Part shown: positions 21,797-32,534 of the stretch, in pieces
How positions within the stretch are numbered: the stretch's first letter is position 1
Layout: every line of letters starts with the position of its first letter
NCBI GenBank assembly: GCA_044222475.1
Contig: JBGANF010000001.1
Coordinates: 96,001 to 160,000 of the forward strand
Source of the DNA: Polyangiaceae bacterium
GTDB lineage: Bacteria; Myxococcota_A; Polyangia; Polyangiales; Polyangiaceae
Reading direction: 5' to 3'
Length of the DNA stretch: 64,000 bases
The notes under the pieces: generated by a model
Told to the model about the DNA's origin: nothing
Database searches by the model: none
Seen by the model: only the letters and a program-made list of their open reading frames with translations
Made by a program: the position numbers and the translations under genes

Positions 21797-23697
21797 TGAC
21801 GGCCCAAGCGACCCCCGCGCCGCCGCCGTCGGCCCACCCGCCGAAGCTCGGCTTCTTCGCGCGCATCCTGCGCGACCCCAACGCGATCTGGATGCGCGAG
21901 ATGCGTCAGTCGGCGCGGCTCGGTCGCACGCCGTGGATCCTCTTCGGCCTCGCGCTGACGATCTCGCTGCTCATGTGCTCGATCGGGGGCATCGCCGCCA
22001 CCGACAACGCGAGCCCGGCGACGCTCGGTGGCGCGCTCTTCCAGACGTTCTTCTCGATCGCGGCGTTCGTCGTCATGCTCATCGGCCCGACCGTCGCCGC
22101 GAACAGCATCGCGAGCGAGCGTGAAGGCCGCACGTGGGAAGCGGTCCAGCTCACCGGCCTGCACCCCAAGGACATCGCACGCGGCAAGTTCATGGCCGCG
22201 TACTCCGCGATCGCGATGTACATCATCGTGCTCGCGCCGGTGGGTGCCCTCCCCTTCCTCTTCGGCGGAGTCACCCCGGTCGAGGTCATCGTCGCGTTCG
22301 CGTTCCTCTTCCTGCTCGCCGCGCTCGCGGTGGCATTCGGGCTCGCCGTCAGCTCCCTCATGTCGAGCCTGCGTGGCGCCATCGTCGTCACCTTGATCCT
22401 CGCGATCGTGATCGGGCCGTCGCTCTACGCGGTCTTCGGGTTCTGGGCCTCGTTCGGCGCTCACCAGCTCTGGCCCGAGCTGCCCGAGAGCTTCCCCATC
22501 TGGCTCCCGCTCGCGTACACGCGCGCGCCGTTCGGGCTCGAGTACATCGCGCTCCTCATCGTCGTTCCGCTCGTCATCGTGCTCTTGCCGGCGTGGTTCC
22601 TCTACGAGGTCACGGTGGCGAACCTCACCGGCGAAACCGACGATCGCTCGACCGGCCTCAAGCGATGGTTCTTCGTCGCCACGCCGCTCCTCGCCCTCGC
22701 GTGCGCCATCCCGAGCGCGGTCGCCTACACCGACGAGCTCCGCGTCAGCTGGTCGATCGCCGGACAGACCACGTTCGTGATCTACGCCGGGTTCTGCGCC
22801 CTCCTCTTCGCCTTCGAGCCTGCAGGGCCCTCGCGCCGCGTGCTCGTCCACTGGCGCCGCGAGGATGCCGGCATCGTGCGGCGCTTCTTCGGACCCGGAC
22901 TGCCGAAGACGGCGACGTTGGTCGTGCTCCTCGGCTTCGTGGGCATGGCGGCCATCGCGGCGTTCGATCTCGCCGCGCTCCAGTTCGCGCCAACCACGGT
23001 CACGCCCACCTACGCGGCGACGATGTACGGCTATGCGCCGCCCGTCACGCCTCGGGGTGACTCGATGGCCCAGATCGCCCTCTTCGGCATCTACTGCGCG
23101 CCTTACTACATCTTCACCGTCGGGCTCACGTCGTACATCCGTTCGCGTGGATCCACGCCCTGGATCACGCGCCTCATCGCGAGCGCGTTCCTCTTCCTCA
23201 TCGCCGCCGCGCCGTGGGTCGTCGCCGCCATCGGCGGTGTCGTGTCGTCGAGCCACGACGACACGTGGCTCATCGTCGGCGCGCCGAGCCCCTTCTTCGC
23301 GTACCTGATGGTCGGCTGGGTCACGAAGACCAGCAGCAGCGACGTCCCGATCATCCAAGCCGGAGTCGCGTGCGCGTTGCTCTGGGGATTCATCGGTCTC
23401 GTCCTCCTCTTGGCCGCCGGTCGACGCGCGAGCAAGGCGATGCGCGAGCAAGCCGCGCTCGTCGCCCAACAAGAGGCTGCGCTCGAAGCGGAGGAGAAGG
23501 CTCAAGCTGAAGCCGTCGCGCGCGCCGCGATGGAAGCGACCGCCGCCGAGGCCGCCGCGAACGCTCCGCCCGAAGTCGCCGCCGACCCCGCCGCGACGGT
23601 CGCGGACGTGCCGCCCGCGACGCAGCCCCTCGGCGCGACGGTGCCCATCGACGACGCACCTCCCAAACCCGAGGACGGCGCACCTCCGACGTCATGA
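21793..23697 (+). CDS. ABC-2 type transporter permease
   Basis: Multiple TM helices; SIASEREGRTWEAVQLT...IARGKF motif of ABC-2 permeases. Confidence 0.85.
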   Translation: MMTAQATPAPPPSAHPPKLGFFARILRDPNAIWMREMRQSARLGRTPWILFGLALTISLLMCSIGGIAATDNASPATLGGALFQTFFSIAAFVVMLIGPTVAANSIASEREGRTWEAVQLTGLHPKDIARGKFMAAYSAIAMYIIVLAPVGALPFLFGGVTPVEVIVAFAFLFLLAALAVAFGLAVSSLMSSLRGAIVVTLILAIVIGPSLYAVFGFWASFGAHQLWPELPESFPIWLPLAYTRAPFGLEYIALLIVVPLVIVLLPAWFLYEVTVANLTGETDDRSTGLKRWFFVATPLLALACAIPSAVAYTDELRVSWSIAGQTTFVIYAGFCALLFAFEPAGPSRRVLVHWRREDAGIVRRFFGPGLPKTATLVVLLGFVGMAAIAAFDLAALQFAPTTVTPTYAATMYGYAPPVTPRGDSMAQIALFGIYCAPYYIFTVGLTSYIRSRGSTPWITRLIASAFLFLIAAAPWVVAAIGGVVSSSHDDTWLIVGAPSPFFAYLMVGWVTKTSSSDVPIIQAGVACALLWGFIGLVLLLAAGRRASKAMREQAALVAQQEAALEAEEKAQAEAVARAAMEATAAEAAANAPPEVAADPAATVADVPPATQPLGATVPIDDAPPKPEDGAPPTS

Positions 23698-24563
23698 CGG
23701 TCTTCGATCCGGCCTTCGCGCGCGAGTTGGAAGCGCTTCGCCGCCGCATGGTGCTGCGCGCACGCTCGGGCGGCGGCGGCGACCACCTGTCGAAGAAGCG
23801 CGGCGGCAGCGCGGAGTTCCTCGAGCACCGCCCCTACGCCCCCGGCGACGACCTCCGGCGCATCGACTGGCTCGCGTTCGCTCGCACCGGCGAGCCGGTG
23901 TTCAAGCTCTTCCGCGCCGAAGAAGACGTGATCGTGCGACTGCTCGTCGACCAGAGCCTCTCCCTCGAAGCCGGCGAGCCGACGAAGCTCTCGGTCGCGA
24001 CGAAGATGGCCTCGGCCATCGGCTACATGGCGATCGCGGGGAGCGAGCGCGCCCAGGTGATGGCGGCGGGCGAGACCCTCGGGTACGTCTCCGATCCCAT
24101 GCGCGGCCGAGGAGGCCTGCCGAAGCTCCTCCGCGATCTCTCGGGCATCCAGGCTACGGGCGGGACCGATCTCGCGAAGAGCATCGAGCAAGCCATCGTG
24201 CGCGCCGGCCGGCCGGGGATGCTCGTCATCCTCAGCGACTTCATGGACGATGGTCCCTTCGACGCCGCGATCACGAAGGCGGCGAGCGCCGGTCACGACA
24301 TCTCGCTCGTCCAGGTGCTCGCTCGCGAAGAGGTGGAGCCGCGCTACGACGGAGACTTCGCGCTCGAAGACGCGGAGACCGGCGACCTCGTCGAGGTCAC
24401 GATGGACGCGGGCGCCGTCGACGCATACCTCGAGCGACTGAACCAGCTCATCATGGGCCTCCGTGCGCTGTCGAAGAAGGTGCGCGCGACGTACATCCGA
24501 ATCGTCAACGACGAGCCGCTGCTTCCCGCGGTTCGACGCTTCGTCGCTCGAGCGGTGGATTGA
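23694..24563 (+). CDS. DUF58 domain protein (MoxR-associated)
   Basis: GGSAEFLEHRPYAPGDDLRRIDW, LLVDQSLS and VILSDF motifs. Confidence 0.92.
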   Translation: MTVFDPAFARELEALRRRMVLRARSGGGGDHLSKKRGGSAEFLEHRPYAPGDDLRRIDWLAFARTGEPVFKLFRAEEDVIVRLLVDQSLSLEAGEPTKLSVATKMASAIGYMAIAGSERAQVMAAGETLGYVSDPMRGRGGLPKLLRDLSGIQATGGTDLAKSIEQAIVRAGRPGMLVILSDFMDDGPFDAAITKAASAGHDISLVQVLAREEVEPRYDGDFALEDAETGDLVEVTMDAGAVDAYLERLNQLIMGLRALSKKVRATYIRIVNDEPLLPAVRRFVARAVD

Positions 24564-26548
24564 TGGGGGCGATCGAGTTCCTCAATCCGAAGGGGTTCTT
24601 CCTCCTGACCGGGCTCGTCCCGCTCGTGATCTTGTACATCCTCAAGATCAAGCGCCAGCGCCTGCGCGTGCCGTCAGTGTGGCTCTGGGCCGAGGCCCGC
24701 CGCGATCTCCTCGCGAAGCACCCGTTCAAGAAGCTCATCCCCGAGCTCGCGCTGTTGCTGCAGATCCTCGCGCTCATCGCGCTCTCGATCGCCCTCGCCC
24801 GGCCGGCGCTCCGCGGAAGCCGAATCACCGGCGATCACGTCGCGATCGTCATCGACACGAGCGCCTCGATGGGGACGCTCGCGAACCCGAAGGACGGCAA
24901 ACCGACGACCCGCATGCAGGAGGCCATCGACGCCGCCGACAACGTGTTGTCGTCGATGGAGCCCGGGGCCGACGCAATCCTCATCGAGGGCGCGCGCGAC
25001 GCGAAGGTCGTCTCGCCGCTCGATCGCGACCTGCGTCGCCTCAAGAGCGCGCTGTCCCAAGTTGGTACACGCGAGGTCGAGGGCGATCTCGGCCCGGCGG
25101 TCGCGCTCGCCGCCGATCGCCTCCGCGGCCTGGGCGGCAAGAAGCGCATCATCCTCATCACCGACGGCGCGCTCGCGAGCGAGAACGCCATCGCCGCGGC
25201 CGGGATCGACACCCAGATCATCACCGTCGGCGAAGCGGCCGAGAACGTCGGCGTCGTCCGGGTCGACGTGCGCGCCGGTCTCGACCCCACGAGCCACAAG
25301 GAGCAGGCTCAAGTCTTCGTCATGCTCCAGAGCTACGCGGACGTGGCGAAGGACGTGTTCGTCACGCTCACGGTCGAAGGTCGCAAGGATCCGTCGGCGT
25401 CGCGCCGCGTCCTCGTGCCGGCCAAGGAGAAGCTGCCGGTCGTCCTCACGTTCGAGCCTTCGCCGATGGAGTACGGCAAGGGGCTCCAGGTCGAGCTTTC
25501 CCCCCACGACGCGCTCGCGCTCGACGACGTCGCCTTCGGTCGCGTGCCTCAAGGGCGGAAGCTGCCGGTCGTCCACGCGTCGAACGTCGACTACTCGTGG
25601 GTCGCCCGCGCGCTGGACGCCGACGACAGCCTCGACGTGCAGAAGATCACGGTGGGCCAGCTCGGCGACGTGAACGCCGACCCCGAGGCGCTGGTCGTCG
25701 TCGAGGGCGGTTGCCCGGACAACCCGCCGGGGCTCGACGTGCTCGTCGTGAACCCGCCCACCGGCACGTGCCTCGGAGTCGACGTCGGCGCCGTCGTCGA
25801 GAACCCCCAGATCACGTCGTGGGAAGCCGGAGACCCTCGCTTCCGCTTCCTCACGTTCGACGGCGTACACATCACCAAGGCCACCCCGCTCAAGGCGCCG
25901 GGTGCGAGCTCGTCGCTCCTGCGCGCCCAGACGAGCACCCTCCTCGCGGACGCCTCGTTTCCGGGACGCACCGTCACGATCGTCGGCTTCGACGTGGGCG
26001 AGACCGACTGGCCGCTCCGCGCGTCGTTCGTCCTCTTCATGCGCAACGTCGTCGAGCTCGCGCGCCTCCACCGCGCGCAGGGCACGACGGGTCCGGCGAA
26101 GACCGGCGACCCTCTGCGCATCGCCGTCCCGAAGGACGTCACCAGCGTCAAGGTCGACGGTCCAGGGCTCGTCGAGAAGGAGCTCGCCGCCAAGGGCGGA
26201 TTCGCGATCCTGCCGACGGTCGATCGCGCCGGCGTCTACCACGCGCGCTGGACGGTGCCGCGGCACGGCAGCGCGGTCATCATCGCGAACCTCACGAGCG
26301 ACAAAGAGAGCGACGTCCGCCCCCGCAAGGTCGTCGTGGACGCGAACGCCGGGGTCGTGACCGCTGCTCGTGTGGCCGACGCCCACCACGAGTGGGGCCT
26401 CTGGCTTGCGCTCGCGGCGCTCGCGTTCATCGCGTTCGACATCTTCTGGCTCACCCGCAAGAAGAACGTCTCCTCCGTCGGGAGCGTCGCCGCCGCGACC
26501 GCGCGACCGGCGCCCAAGCCCGAAGCTCCCGCGAAGGGAGAGGCGTGA
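24560..26548 (+). CDS. BatA-like N-terminal membrane domain plus vWA domain protein
   Basis: FLNPKGFFLL...LYILK...VPSVWLW...LARP N-terminus; MIDAS IDTSASM and LITDG; C-terminal TM helix. Confidence 0.88.
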   Translation: MMGAIEFLNPKGFFLLTGLVPLVILYILKIKRQRLRVPSVWLWAEARRDLLAKHPFKKLIPELALLLQILALIALSIALARPALRGSRITGDHVAIVIDTSASMGTLANPKDGKPTTRMQEAIDAADNVLSSMEPGADAILIEGARDAKVVSPLDRDLRRLKSALSQVGTREVEGDLGPAVALAADRLRGLGGKKRIILITDGALASENAIAAAGIDTQIITVGEAAENVGVVRVDVRAGLDPTSHKEQAQVFVMLQSYADVAKDVFVTLTVEGRKDPSASRRVLVPAKEKLPVVLTFEPSPMEYGKGLQVELSPHDALALDDVAFGRVPQGRKLPVVHASNVDYSWVARALDADDSLDVQKITVGQLGDVNADPEALVVVEGGCPDNPPGLDVLVVNPPTGTCLGVDVGAVVENPQITSWEAGDPRFRFLTFDGVHITKATPLKAPGASSSLLRAQTSTLLADASFPGRTVTIVGFDVGETDWPLRASFVLFMRNVVELARLHRAQGTTGPAKTGDPLRIAVPKDVTSVKVDGPGLVEKELAAKGGFAILPTVDRAGVYHARWTVPRHGSAVIIANLTSDKESDVRPRKVVVDANAGVVTAARVADAHHEWGLWLALAALAFIAFDIFWLTRKKNVSSVGSVAAATARPAPKPEAPAKGEA

Positions 26549-29500
26549 TGCCGCCGCTCCCTCGCCTCGCCTACCTGATCCTCGGCGTCGTCCTCACGAT
26601 CGTCTCGGTCGCGCTCGTCGTCCGCTGGCGGCGCGAGAAGCGCGCGGGCTACCCGGCGCTCTTCCTGCTCGCGCTCGGGCTCGCGCCGCTCATCTACCAG
26701 GGCCTCGTCCACGCGCAGCTCATCCGCGAGACGTACATCCGCTTCGGTCATCCGCTCGCGACGCTCTTGCCGCCGCTGGTCACGCTCCTCCTCACGTGGC
26801 GCCTGTCGCTGTTGCCGACGCGCATGTCGCGCGCGCGCCGCGCGCTGGTCTGGTTCCTCACGACCGTCGCCGCGCTCGCCGCTGCGCTCTGCGTCGGCGA
26901 GCCCGAGCTCGGCAAGCCGCTCGATCGGATGACCATCTTGCTCCTCATCGATCGCTCGCGATCGATCGATCTCGTGCCGGGCGCCGACGAGCGCATCGCC
27001 TCCGAGCTCCGCGTCGCCGAGAAGGGCATGCACGACGACGACCGCATCGGTACGGTGGTCTTCGCCGCCGACGCAGTCACCGAAGACCCCCCGCGCCCCA
27101 AGTCGGATCTTCCGCCGCCTCAGCGCGTCGAGCTCGGTCGCGACGGAACCAACCTCGAAGCGGCCATCCGGCGCGCTCTCGCCGAGCTGCCGTCCGACAC
27201 GGCGCCCCGCCTCGTCCTCGTGACGGACGGCGTGCAAACGCGGGGCGATGCCCTCGGCGCGGCCGCAGCGGCCGTCGCCGCCGACGTGCCGATCGACATC
27301 GTCCCGCTCGACCAGAAGACCTTCCCCGACGTGCGCGTCGTCAGCGTTCGCGCGCCGAGCTACGCCAACGAGAACGAGCCGATGGACATTCGGGTCGTCA
27401 CCGCGAGCGCACAAGAGGCCGACGTCGAGGTCCGCGTGAAGCGCGACGGGGAGCTCATCCACTCCGGCGCCGTCCACGTCGCCTCGGGCGAAGACGTGCT
27501 GCGCCTCCGCGAGATCGCCTCGGAGCCCGGCTTGCACAGGTACGACGTCGAGGTCACCGCCAAGGACCCCGCGCTCGACGGCTCGCCCGAGGACAACGTC
27601 GGCTCCACGTTCGTGAAAGTCCGCGGCCCCGCGCTCGCGTTGATCCTCGAAGGCGATCCGGGCAAGGGCGCGCCGATCGCCGGCGCCCTGCAGTCGGTCG
27701 GGTTCCACACCGTCGAGAAGGGCGCGACCGCCGTTCCGGCCGACGTCGGAGGCTTCGCCGGGTACGACCTCGTCGTCCTCAGCGACATCCGCGCGAGCGA
27801 TCTCGCGACGACGCAGATCGACGCCATCGCGAGCTACACGCGCGATCTCGGCGGCGGCTTGATCCTCATGGGAGGCGATCGCTCGATGGGCCCCGGCGGC
27901 TACGCCCGCACGCCGATCGAAGAGGTCTCGCCGGTGTCGTTCGATCTCAAGGAGGAGAAGCGCCGTGCGTCCCTCGCCGAGGTCATCGCGATCGACTACT
28001 CGGGCTCGATGGGCGCGACCGTCGGCGGGCAGACCAAGCTCGCGCTCGCGAACGAAGCCGCCGCGAAGAGCGCCTCGCTGCTCGGTCCCGGCGACCGCCT
28101 CGGCGTCGAGCACGTCGACACCGTCGCCACCTGGACGATCCCGATCAGCCCGGTGACCGACGCGAACGCGATGGGCGCACGCATCCGCGCGACCCAGCTC
28201 GGCGGCGGCGGCATCTACACCGACCTCGCGCTGCGTGAGGGGTACGCCGCGCTCGAGAAGGAGAGCGTCAACCTCAAGCACATGCTCCTCTTCGCCGACG
28301 GCAGCGACGCCGAGCAGCTCTCCGGCTGCCGCGCGCTCGTGACCGCCGCCGCCGGCAAGGGCATCACCACCAGCGTCATCAGCCTCGGAAAGGGGCCCGA
28401 CAGCCCCGAGCTCGAGGTCCTCTCGAAGCTCGGCAGCGGGCGCTTCTACCTCGTCGACGACGCCACCAAGCTCCCGGCCGTCTTCACCCAAGAGACGATC
28501 CTCGCCGCGAAGAGCTCGATCCACGAAGAGGACTTCAAGATCAGCGTCGGCACGACCGGCCCGGCGACGCGCAACGTCGAGTTCAAGGACGCGCCCGTGC
28601 TCCACGGCTACGTCGTCGCGGTGCCCAAGCCCCGCGCAACGGTCCACCTCGGCGGCCCCGAGGACGACCCCATCCTCGCGACCTGGTCGGTCGGCATCGG
28701 CCGCTCGGCCGCGTTCATGAGCGACTTCAAGGATCGGTGGGGCTCGTCGTGGATCAAGTGGCCCGGCGGCGTGAAGATGTTCGGCCAGCTCGGCCGCGAC
28801 GTCGCGCGCAAGGCCGACGACCCGCGCGTCCGCCTCGAGAGCGACGCGAGCGGCGGCGAGCTCCACGTCCGTGCGGACGTCGTCGGAGACGACGGGCGTA
28901 CCCAGACGTTCCGCCGCCTCACGGTGCACGTCGCCGGCCCCGATGGCTTCGCGCGCGACGTGTCGCTCGAGGCGATCGGCGCAGGTCGCTACGGCGCGAC
29001 GATCCCGTTGTCCCGACCTGGTACATACGTCGCGACCGCCAAGGACGAGATGAGCGGCGAAGCCGTCGGCACCACCGGCGCCGTCCTCGGTGCCGGCGAA
29101 GAGCTGCGGCCGACCGGCACCGATCGCGTGCTGCTCGCCCGCATCGCGACCATGTCGGGCGGCAAGGAACGCGACACGCTCGCCGGACTCTTCGACGACC
29201 GGGCCGCGCGCCGCTTCGCCTACATTCCGCTCCTCCCGTATCTTTCCATCATCGCTGCGGTCGCGATGATCCTCGGCGTCGGTGGACGAAGGCTCGGGAT
29301 CCCCGACTGGATGACCGGCCTGGTGGGCCGCGTGCGTGGTCGCGTGAAGCAGACCGAGGCCGAACGCCGCGCCGCGCTGGCGTTCGCAGAGGCTCGCGAC
29401 CGGGCGAAGCGCGAGCAGCAAACCAAGACGAGCGAAGCGCTCCTCGCGAGAAAACAGCAGCGATCCGGCGCCCCCGTCACGGGGAGCGCAGGGAGCATCC

Positions 29501-29658
29501 TGAACGTCGCTCCCAAGCCAGCGCCGCAGCAGAAGCCGCCGATCGGAGCACCGCCGCGCGCACCGGGTGCGCCCGCCGTGCGGCCGGTCGCCCCGCCCGC
29601 CGCGCGCGGGATGACGACCGCCGAGCGCCTCGCCCAGAAGCGCAGAGAGAAGAAATAG
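26548..29658 (+). CDS. Large membrane protein with two vWA domains and a GATase-like domain
   Basis: ATG at 26548 overlaps the upstream TGA. MIDAS motifs IDRSRS/VTDG and IDYSGSM/FADG; GGGLILMGGDRSMGPGGY; N- and C-terminal TM helices. Confidence 0.85.
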   Translation: MPPLPRLAYLILGVVLTIVSVALVVRWRREKRAGYPALFLLALGLAPLIYQGLVHAQLIRETYIRFGHPLATLLPPLVTLLLTWRLSLLPTRMSRARRALVWFLTTVAALAAALCVGEPELGKPLDRMTILLLIDRSRSIDLVPGADERIASELRVAEKGMHDDDRIGTVVFAADAVTEDPPRPKSDLPPPQRVELGRDGTNLEAAIRRALAELPSDTAPRLVLVTDGVQTRGDALGAAAAAVAADVPIDIVPLDQKTFPDVRVVSVRAPSYANENEPMDIRVVTASAQEADVEVRVKRDGELIHSGAVHVASGEDVLRLREIASEPGLHRYDVEVTAKDPALDGSPEDNVGSTFVKVRGPALALILEGDPGKGAPIAGALQSVGFHTVEKGATAVPADVGGFAGYDLVVLSDIRASDLATTQIDAIASYTRDLGGGLILMGGDRSMGPGGYARTPIEEVSPVSFDLKEEKRRASLAEVIAIDYSGSMGATVGGQTKLALANEAAAKSASLLGPGDRLGVEHVDTVATWTIPISPVTDANAMGARIRATQLGGGGIYTDLALREGYAALEKESVNLKHMLLFADGSDAEQLSGCRALVTAAAGKGITTSVISLGKGPDSPELEVLSKLGSGRFYLVDDATKLPAVFTQETILAAKSSIHEEDFKISVGTTGPATRNVEFKDAPVLHGYVVAVPKPRATVHLGGPEDDPILATWSVGIGRSAAFMSDFKDRWGSSWIKWPGGVKMFGQLGRDVARKADDPRVRLESDASGGELHVRADVVGDDGRTQTFRRLTVHVAGPDGFARDVSLEAIGAGRYGATIPLSRPGTYVATAKDEMSGEAVGTTGAVLGAGEELRPTGTDRVLLARIATMSGGKERDTLAGLFDDRAARRFAYIPLLPYLSIIAAVAMILGVGGRRLGIPDWMTGLVGRVRGRVKQTEAERRAALAFAEARDRAKREQQTKTSEALLARKQQRSGAPVTGSAGSILNVAPKPAPQQKPPIGAPPRAPGAPAVRPVAPPAARGMTTAERLAQKRREKK

Positions 29659-29675
29659 GCTAAGCCATAGGCCCC

Positions 29676-31124
29676 ATGCGCCGGCTTGCTTTCGCGGTCC
29701 TCACCCTCTCCGCCTCTCTCGCTTGTGGATCGAACGGCGACGCGCCGACCGACGCCGGAGCCGACGTGACTCCGCCGCCGGCTCCGCTCGGTACGCTCCT
29801 GACGATCGACGAGGTCGCCGCCTACCAGACCGTGAAGATCGACGTCGTCCAAGGCGGCGCCCCCGTCGACAAGTACGCCGCGCCGATCCTCACCGCGAAG
29901 CAGGGGATCTTTCGTGTATTCTACAAGCTCGATCCGAAGAAGAAGTTCCGGTCCCGGACGATCGAAGCCGAGCTCCACCTCGTCACGAGCACCGAGAAGG
30001 TCCTGAAGGAGTCCAAGACCGTCATCTACTCCTCGAACGAGGACTCGTACCCGAGCACGTTCAATTTCCCGTTCGACGAGAAGGCGCTGGGGACCACGAG
30101 CGCCTTCTACGTCGTCCTGCGCGATCCCGCGCTCGCTGCCCTCGGGGCCGAGGTGAGCGACATTCGCTATCCGGCCGAAGGCAACCAGCCGCTCAAGGTC
30201 TCGTCGAACCCCGGCGGGCTCAAGGTCATGATCGTGCCGGTCCAATACGCGGCAGACGGGTCGAACCGTCTGCCCGAGACGGGACAGAACCAGGTCGACG
30301 CGATGACCGCGTACCTCCATGACATGTACCCGGTCGAGAGCGTCTCGATCTCGGTTCGCTCCGCGCCGCTCGTGTGGAACAACGTGGTTCAAGCGAACGG
30401 GACGGGCTGGCTCGAGCTCCTCGACGCGGTCGTCAATCTTCGCAACCAGGACGTGGCGCCCCGCGACGTCTACTACGTCGGCGCGTTCCAGCCGAAAGGC
30501 ACCCTCGGCGAGTTCTGCGGCTTCGGGTGCGTGCTCGGCCTCGCCACGAACGTCACCGGCCCGTTCGACGTGTCCGATCGCGCCGTCATCTCGTTGGGCT
30601 ACGCTGGCGGTCAATTCAACGAAACCACCGCGCACGAGCTCGGCCACGTCCATGGTCGCTACCACTCGCCGTGCGGCGGCGCGCAGGGCACCGATCCGAA
30701 GTACCCCTACGCCGGCGGCTCGAGCGGCGTCTCCGGTTACCGCATCTCCGAGGCGTCACTCCTCCCGGCCGACACCTACGACATGATGGGGTACTGCCGC
30801 CCCGAGTGGATCTCGGACTACACCTACAAAGCGCTCTTCGATCGCGTGTCGATCGTCAACGGCGCGAAGATCGTCGGCCAGATCCCGACGGCACGTTACG
30901 AGCGCATCCTCGTCGGGCCGGACGGAGCGGTGCTGCGGCGAACCACCATGACCCGTGAAGAACCGAGCGGTGAGCTCCGCGACGTCGTCCTCGACTTCGG
31001 CGACGGAACGAAGCGCACCGTGCGCGGGCGCTGGGTCCCGGCCGACCACGTCGACGGTGGGTTCCTCTACGTCGAGACGCAATCGGTGCCGAGCACCGGG
31101 CGAATCTCCAAGGTCACGCTTTAG
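29676..31124 (+). CDS. Lipoprotein zinc metallopeptidase (metzincin, M66-like)
   Basis: Lipobox SLAC; HELGHVHGRYH (HExxHxxGxxH) and DMMGYC Met-turn. Confidence 0.85.
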   Translation: MRRLAFAVLTLSASLACGSNGDAPTDAGADVTPPPAPLGTLLTIDEVAAYQTVKIDVVQGGAPVDKYAAPILTAKQGIFRVFYKLDPKKKFRSRTIEAELHLVTSTEKVLKESKTVIYSSNEDSYPSTFNFPFDEKALGTTSAFYVVLRDPALAALGAEVSDIRYPAEGNQPLKVSSNPGGLKVMIVPVQYAADGSNRLPETGQNQVDAMTAYLHDMYPVESVSISVRSAPLVWNNVVQANGTGWLELLDAVVNLRNQDVAPRDVYYVGAFQPKGTLGEFCGFGCVLGLATNVTGPFDVSDRAVISLGYAGGQFNETTAHELGHVHGRYHSPCGGAQGTDPKYPYAGGSSGVSGYRISEASLLPADTYDMMGYCRPEWISDYTYKALFDRVSIVNGAKIVGQIPTARYERILVGPDGAVLRRTTMTREEPSGELRDVVLDFGDGTKRTVRGRWVPADHVDGGFLYVETQSVPSTGRISKVTL

Positions 31125-31130
31125 GCGGTC

Positions 31131-31211
31131 GGGGACGGTGTCAACCTTGTCAACCTTTGAGCGAGTCTCATCGGCAACCGGCCAAAGGTTGACAAGGTTG
31201 ACACCGTCCCC
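31131..31211. repeat. Perfect 29-bp inverted repeat with 23-nt spacer (REP/MITE-like palindrome or bidirectional terminator)
   Basis: GGGGACGGTGTCAACCTTGTCAACCTTTG at 31131-31159 and its exact reverse complement at 31183-31211, between convergent genes. Confidence 0.9.
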
Positions 31212-32516
31212 TCAGTGCAGGACCGCGACGACCAGGAGGATTCCGCCTAGGAGAAACACCACCGCAGCCCCGATGATCGCAGGGATGAGCCACTGCGGCC
31301 TCTGAGGCACACCCGGCGGCTGCGAGTACTGCTGGTACTCGGCCTGGCGCGCGTGGGCGAATGCCTGGTCCATCGCTTGGTGAGCGGGCGGCGCCATGCC
31401 GCCGCCACCAGCCGGCGGTGACGCGAACGGATCCGCGGCCGCCTGGAGCTGCACGCGCGGGGCCATCGCTCGCGGCTTCGCTTCTTCGAGCTTCGCTGCG
31501 AGCTCGACCGCGGGCATCTTCGCCCATTGGAGGTGATCGCCCTCGAGGCCGTACGCGCGGCCGACGGCGTCGGCGAACGCGCCGACGGTCTTGGTGCGGA
31601 TGTTCGGGTTCTTCGCGAGCCCTTCCTCCATCACTTCGTCGAGGCTCGGCGGGAACGGGTACTTCGCCTTCGCGGCGTGCGAGCTCGGCGGTGCGGGGTC
31701 CTGGGTGAGGATCGCGAGGAGGATCGACGGCCCGTTGTTGCCGGTGAAAGGCACGATCCCGCAGATGCACTCGTAGGTGATGGCCGCGAGCGCGAACACG
31801 TCGGCGCGAGCGTCGAGGGTGTCGAGGCCTTGGGCTTGCTCGGGCGCCATGTAGTAGGGCGACCCGATCGTCGTACCGAGGACCGTGAGCTTCTTCGCGT
31901 CCTTGTTCTTGTCCTTGACCGATCCGAAGTCGAGGATCTTGACGACGTCACCCTCGCGCGAGCCGCAGAGGAAGATGTTGTCCGGCTTGAGGTCGCGGTG
32001 GACGAACTGCTTCGCGTGCGCGGCGTCGAGGCCGATCGCGACCTGGGACACCATGCGCACGATGCGATCGGGCTGGAGGAACTTGTCGCGCTTCGTCACG
32101 ATGCGGAGCTCTTCGCCGTCGAGGAACTCCATGACGAGGATCCAGACCTTGAACTGCTCGTCTCGCTGGAAATCGAAGACGTTGACGATGTGATCGTGCG
32201 GCAGCGCGCTCGAGATCTCGTACTCGCGCTTGAAGCGCTCCAATGCGACGTCGTCTTTGGCGACGGCTTCGTGCAGAACCTTCACCGCGATGCGCGTGTC
32301 CGTCTGGCGATCGATGCCTTCGTAGACGCGCCCCATCCCGCCGTCAGCGACGACGCGACGGATCTCGTAGCGCCCGCACAGCCGTTGCCCGACACGCGGG
32401 TCGTCCGACACCATCGGCGGCGGTGCCATGCTCGTGTTGAGCAGCCCCGTCCCGTCCGCCGGGCAGAACCCTGCGTCGTTCGGGTAGACGCGCTGGCAGG
32501 TCGGGCAACTCTTCAA
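31212..32516 (-). CDS. Ser/Thr protein kinase with N-terminal zinc-ribbon-like motif and C-terminal membrane anchor
   Basis: CPTC...FCPADG; DGGMGRVY, HRDLKPDN, DFG and GSPYYMAPEQ motifs; terminal TM helix. Confidence 0.92.
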   Translation of the reverse strand: MKSCPTCQRVYPNDAGFCPADGTGLLNTSMAPPPMVSDDPRVGQRLCGRYEIRRVVADGGMGRVYEGIDRQTDTRIAVKVLHEAVAKDDVALERFKREYEISSALPHDHIVNVFDFQRDEQFKVWILVMEFLDGEELRIVTKRDKFLQPDRIVRMVSQVAIGLDAAHAKQFVHRDLKPDNIFLCGSREGDVVKILDFGSVKDKNKDAKKLTVLGTTIGSPYYMAPEQAQGLDTLDARADVFALAAITYECICGIVPFTGNNGPSILLAILTQDPAPPSSHAAKAKYPFPPSLDEVMEEGLAKNPNIRTKTVGAFADAVGRAYGLEGDHLQWAKMPAVELAAKLEEAKPRAMAPRVQLQAAADPFASPPAGGGGMAPPAHQAMDQAFAHARQAEYQQYSQPPGVPQRPQWLIPAIIGAAVVFLLGGILLVVAVLH

Positions 32517-32534
32517 GTCCTTGTTCCCCCCGGA

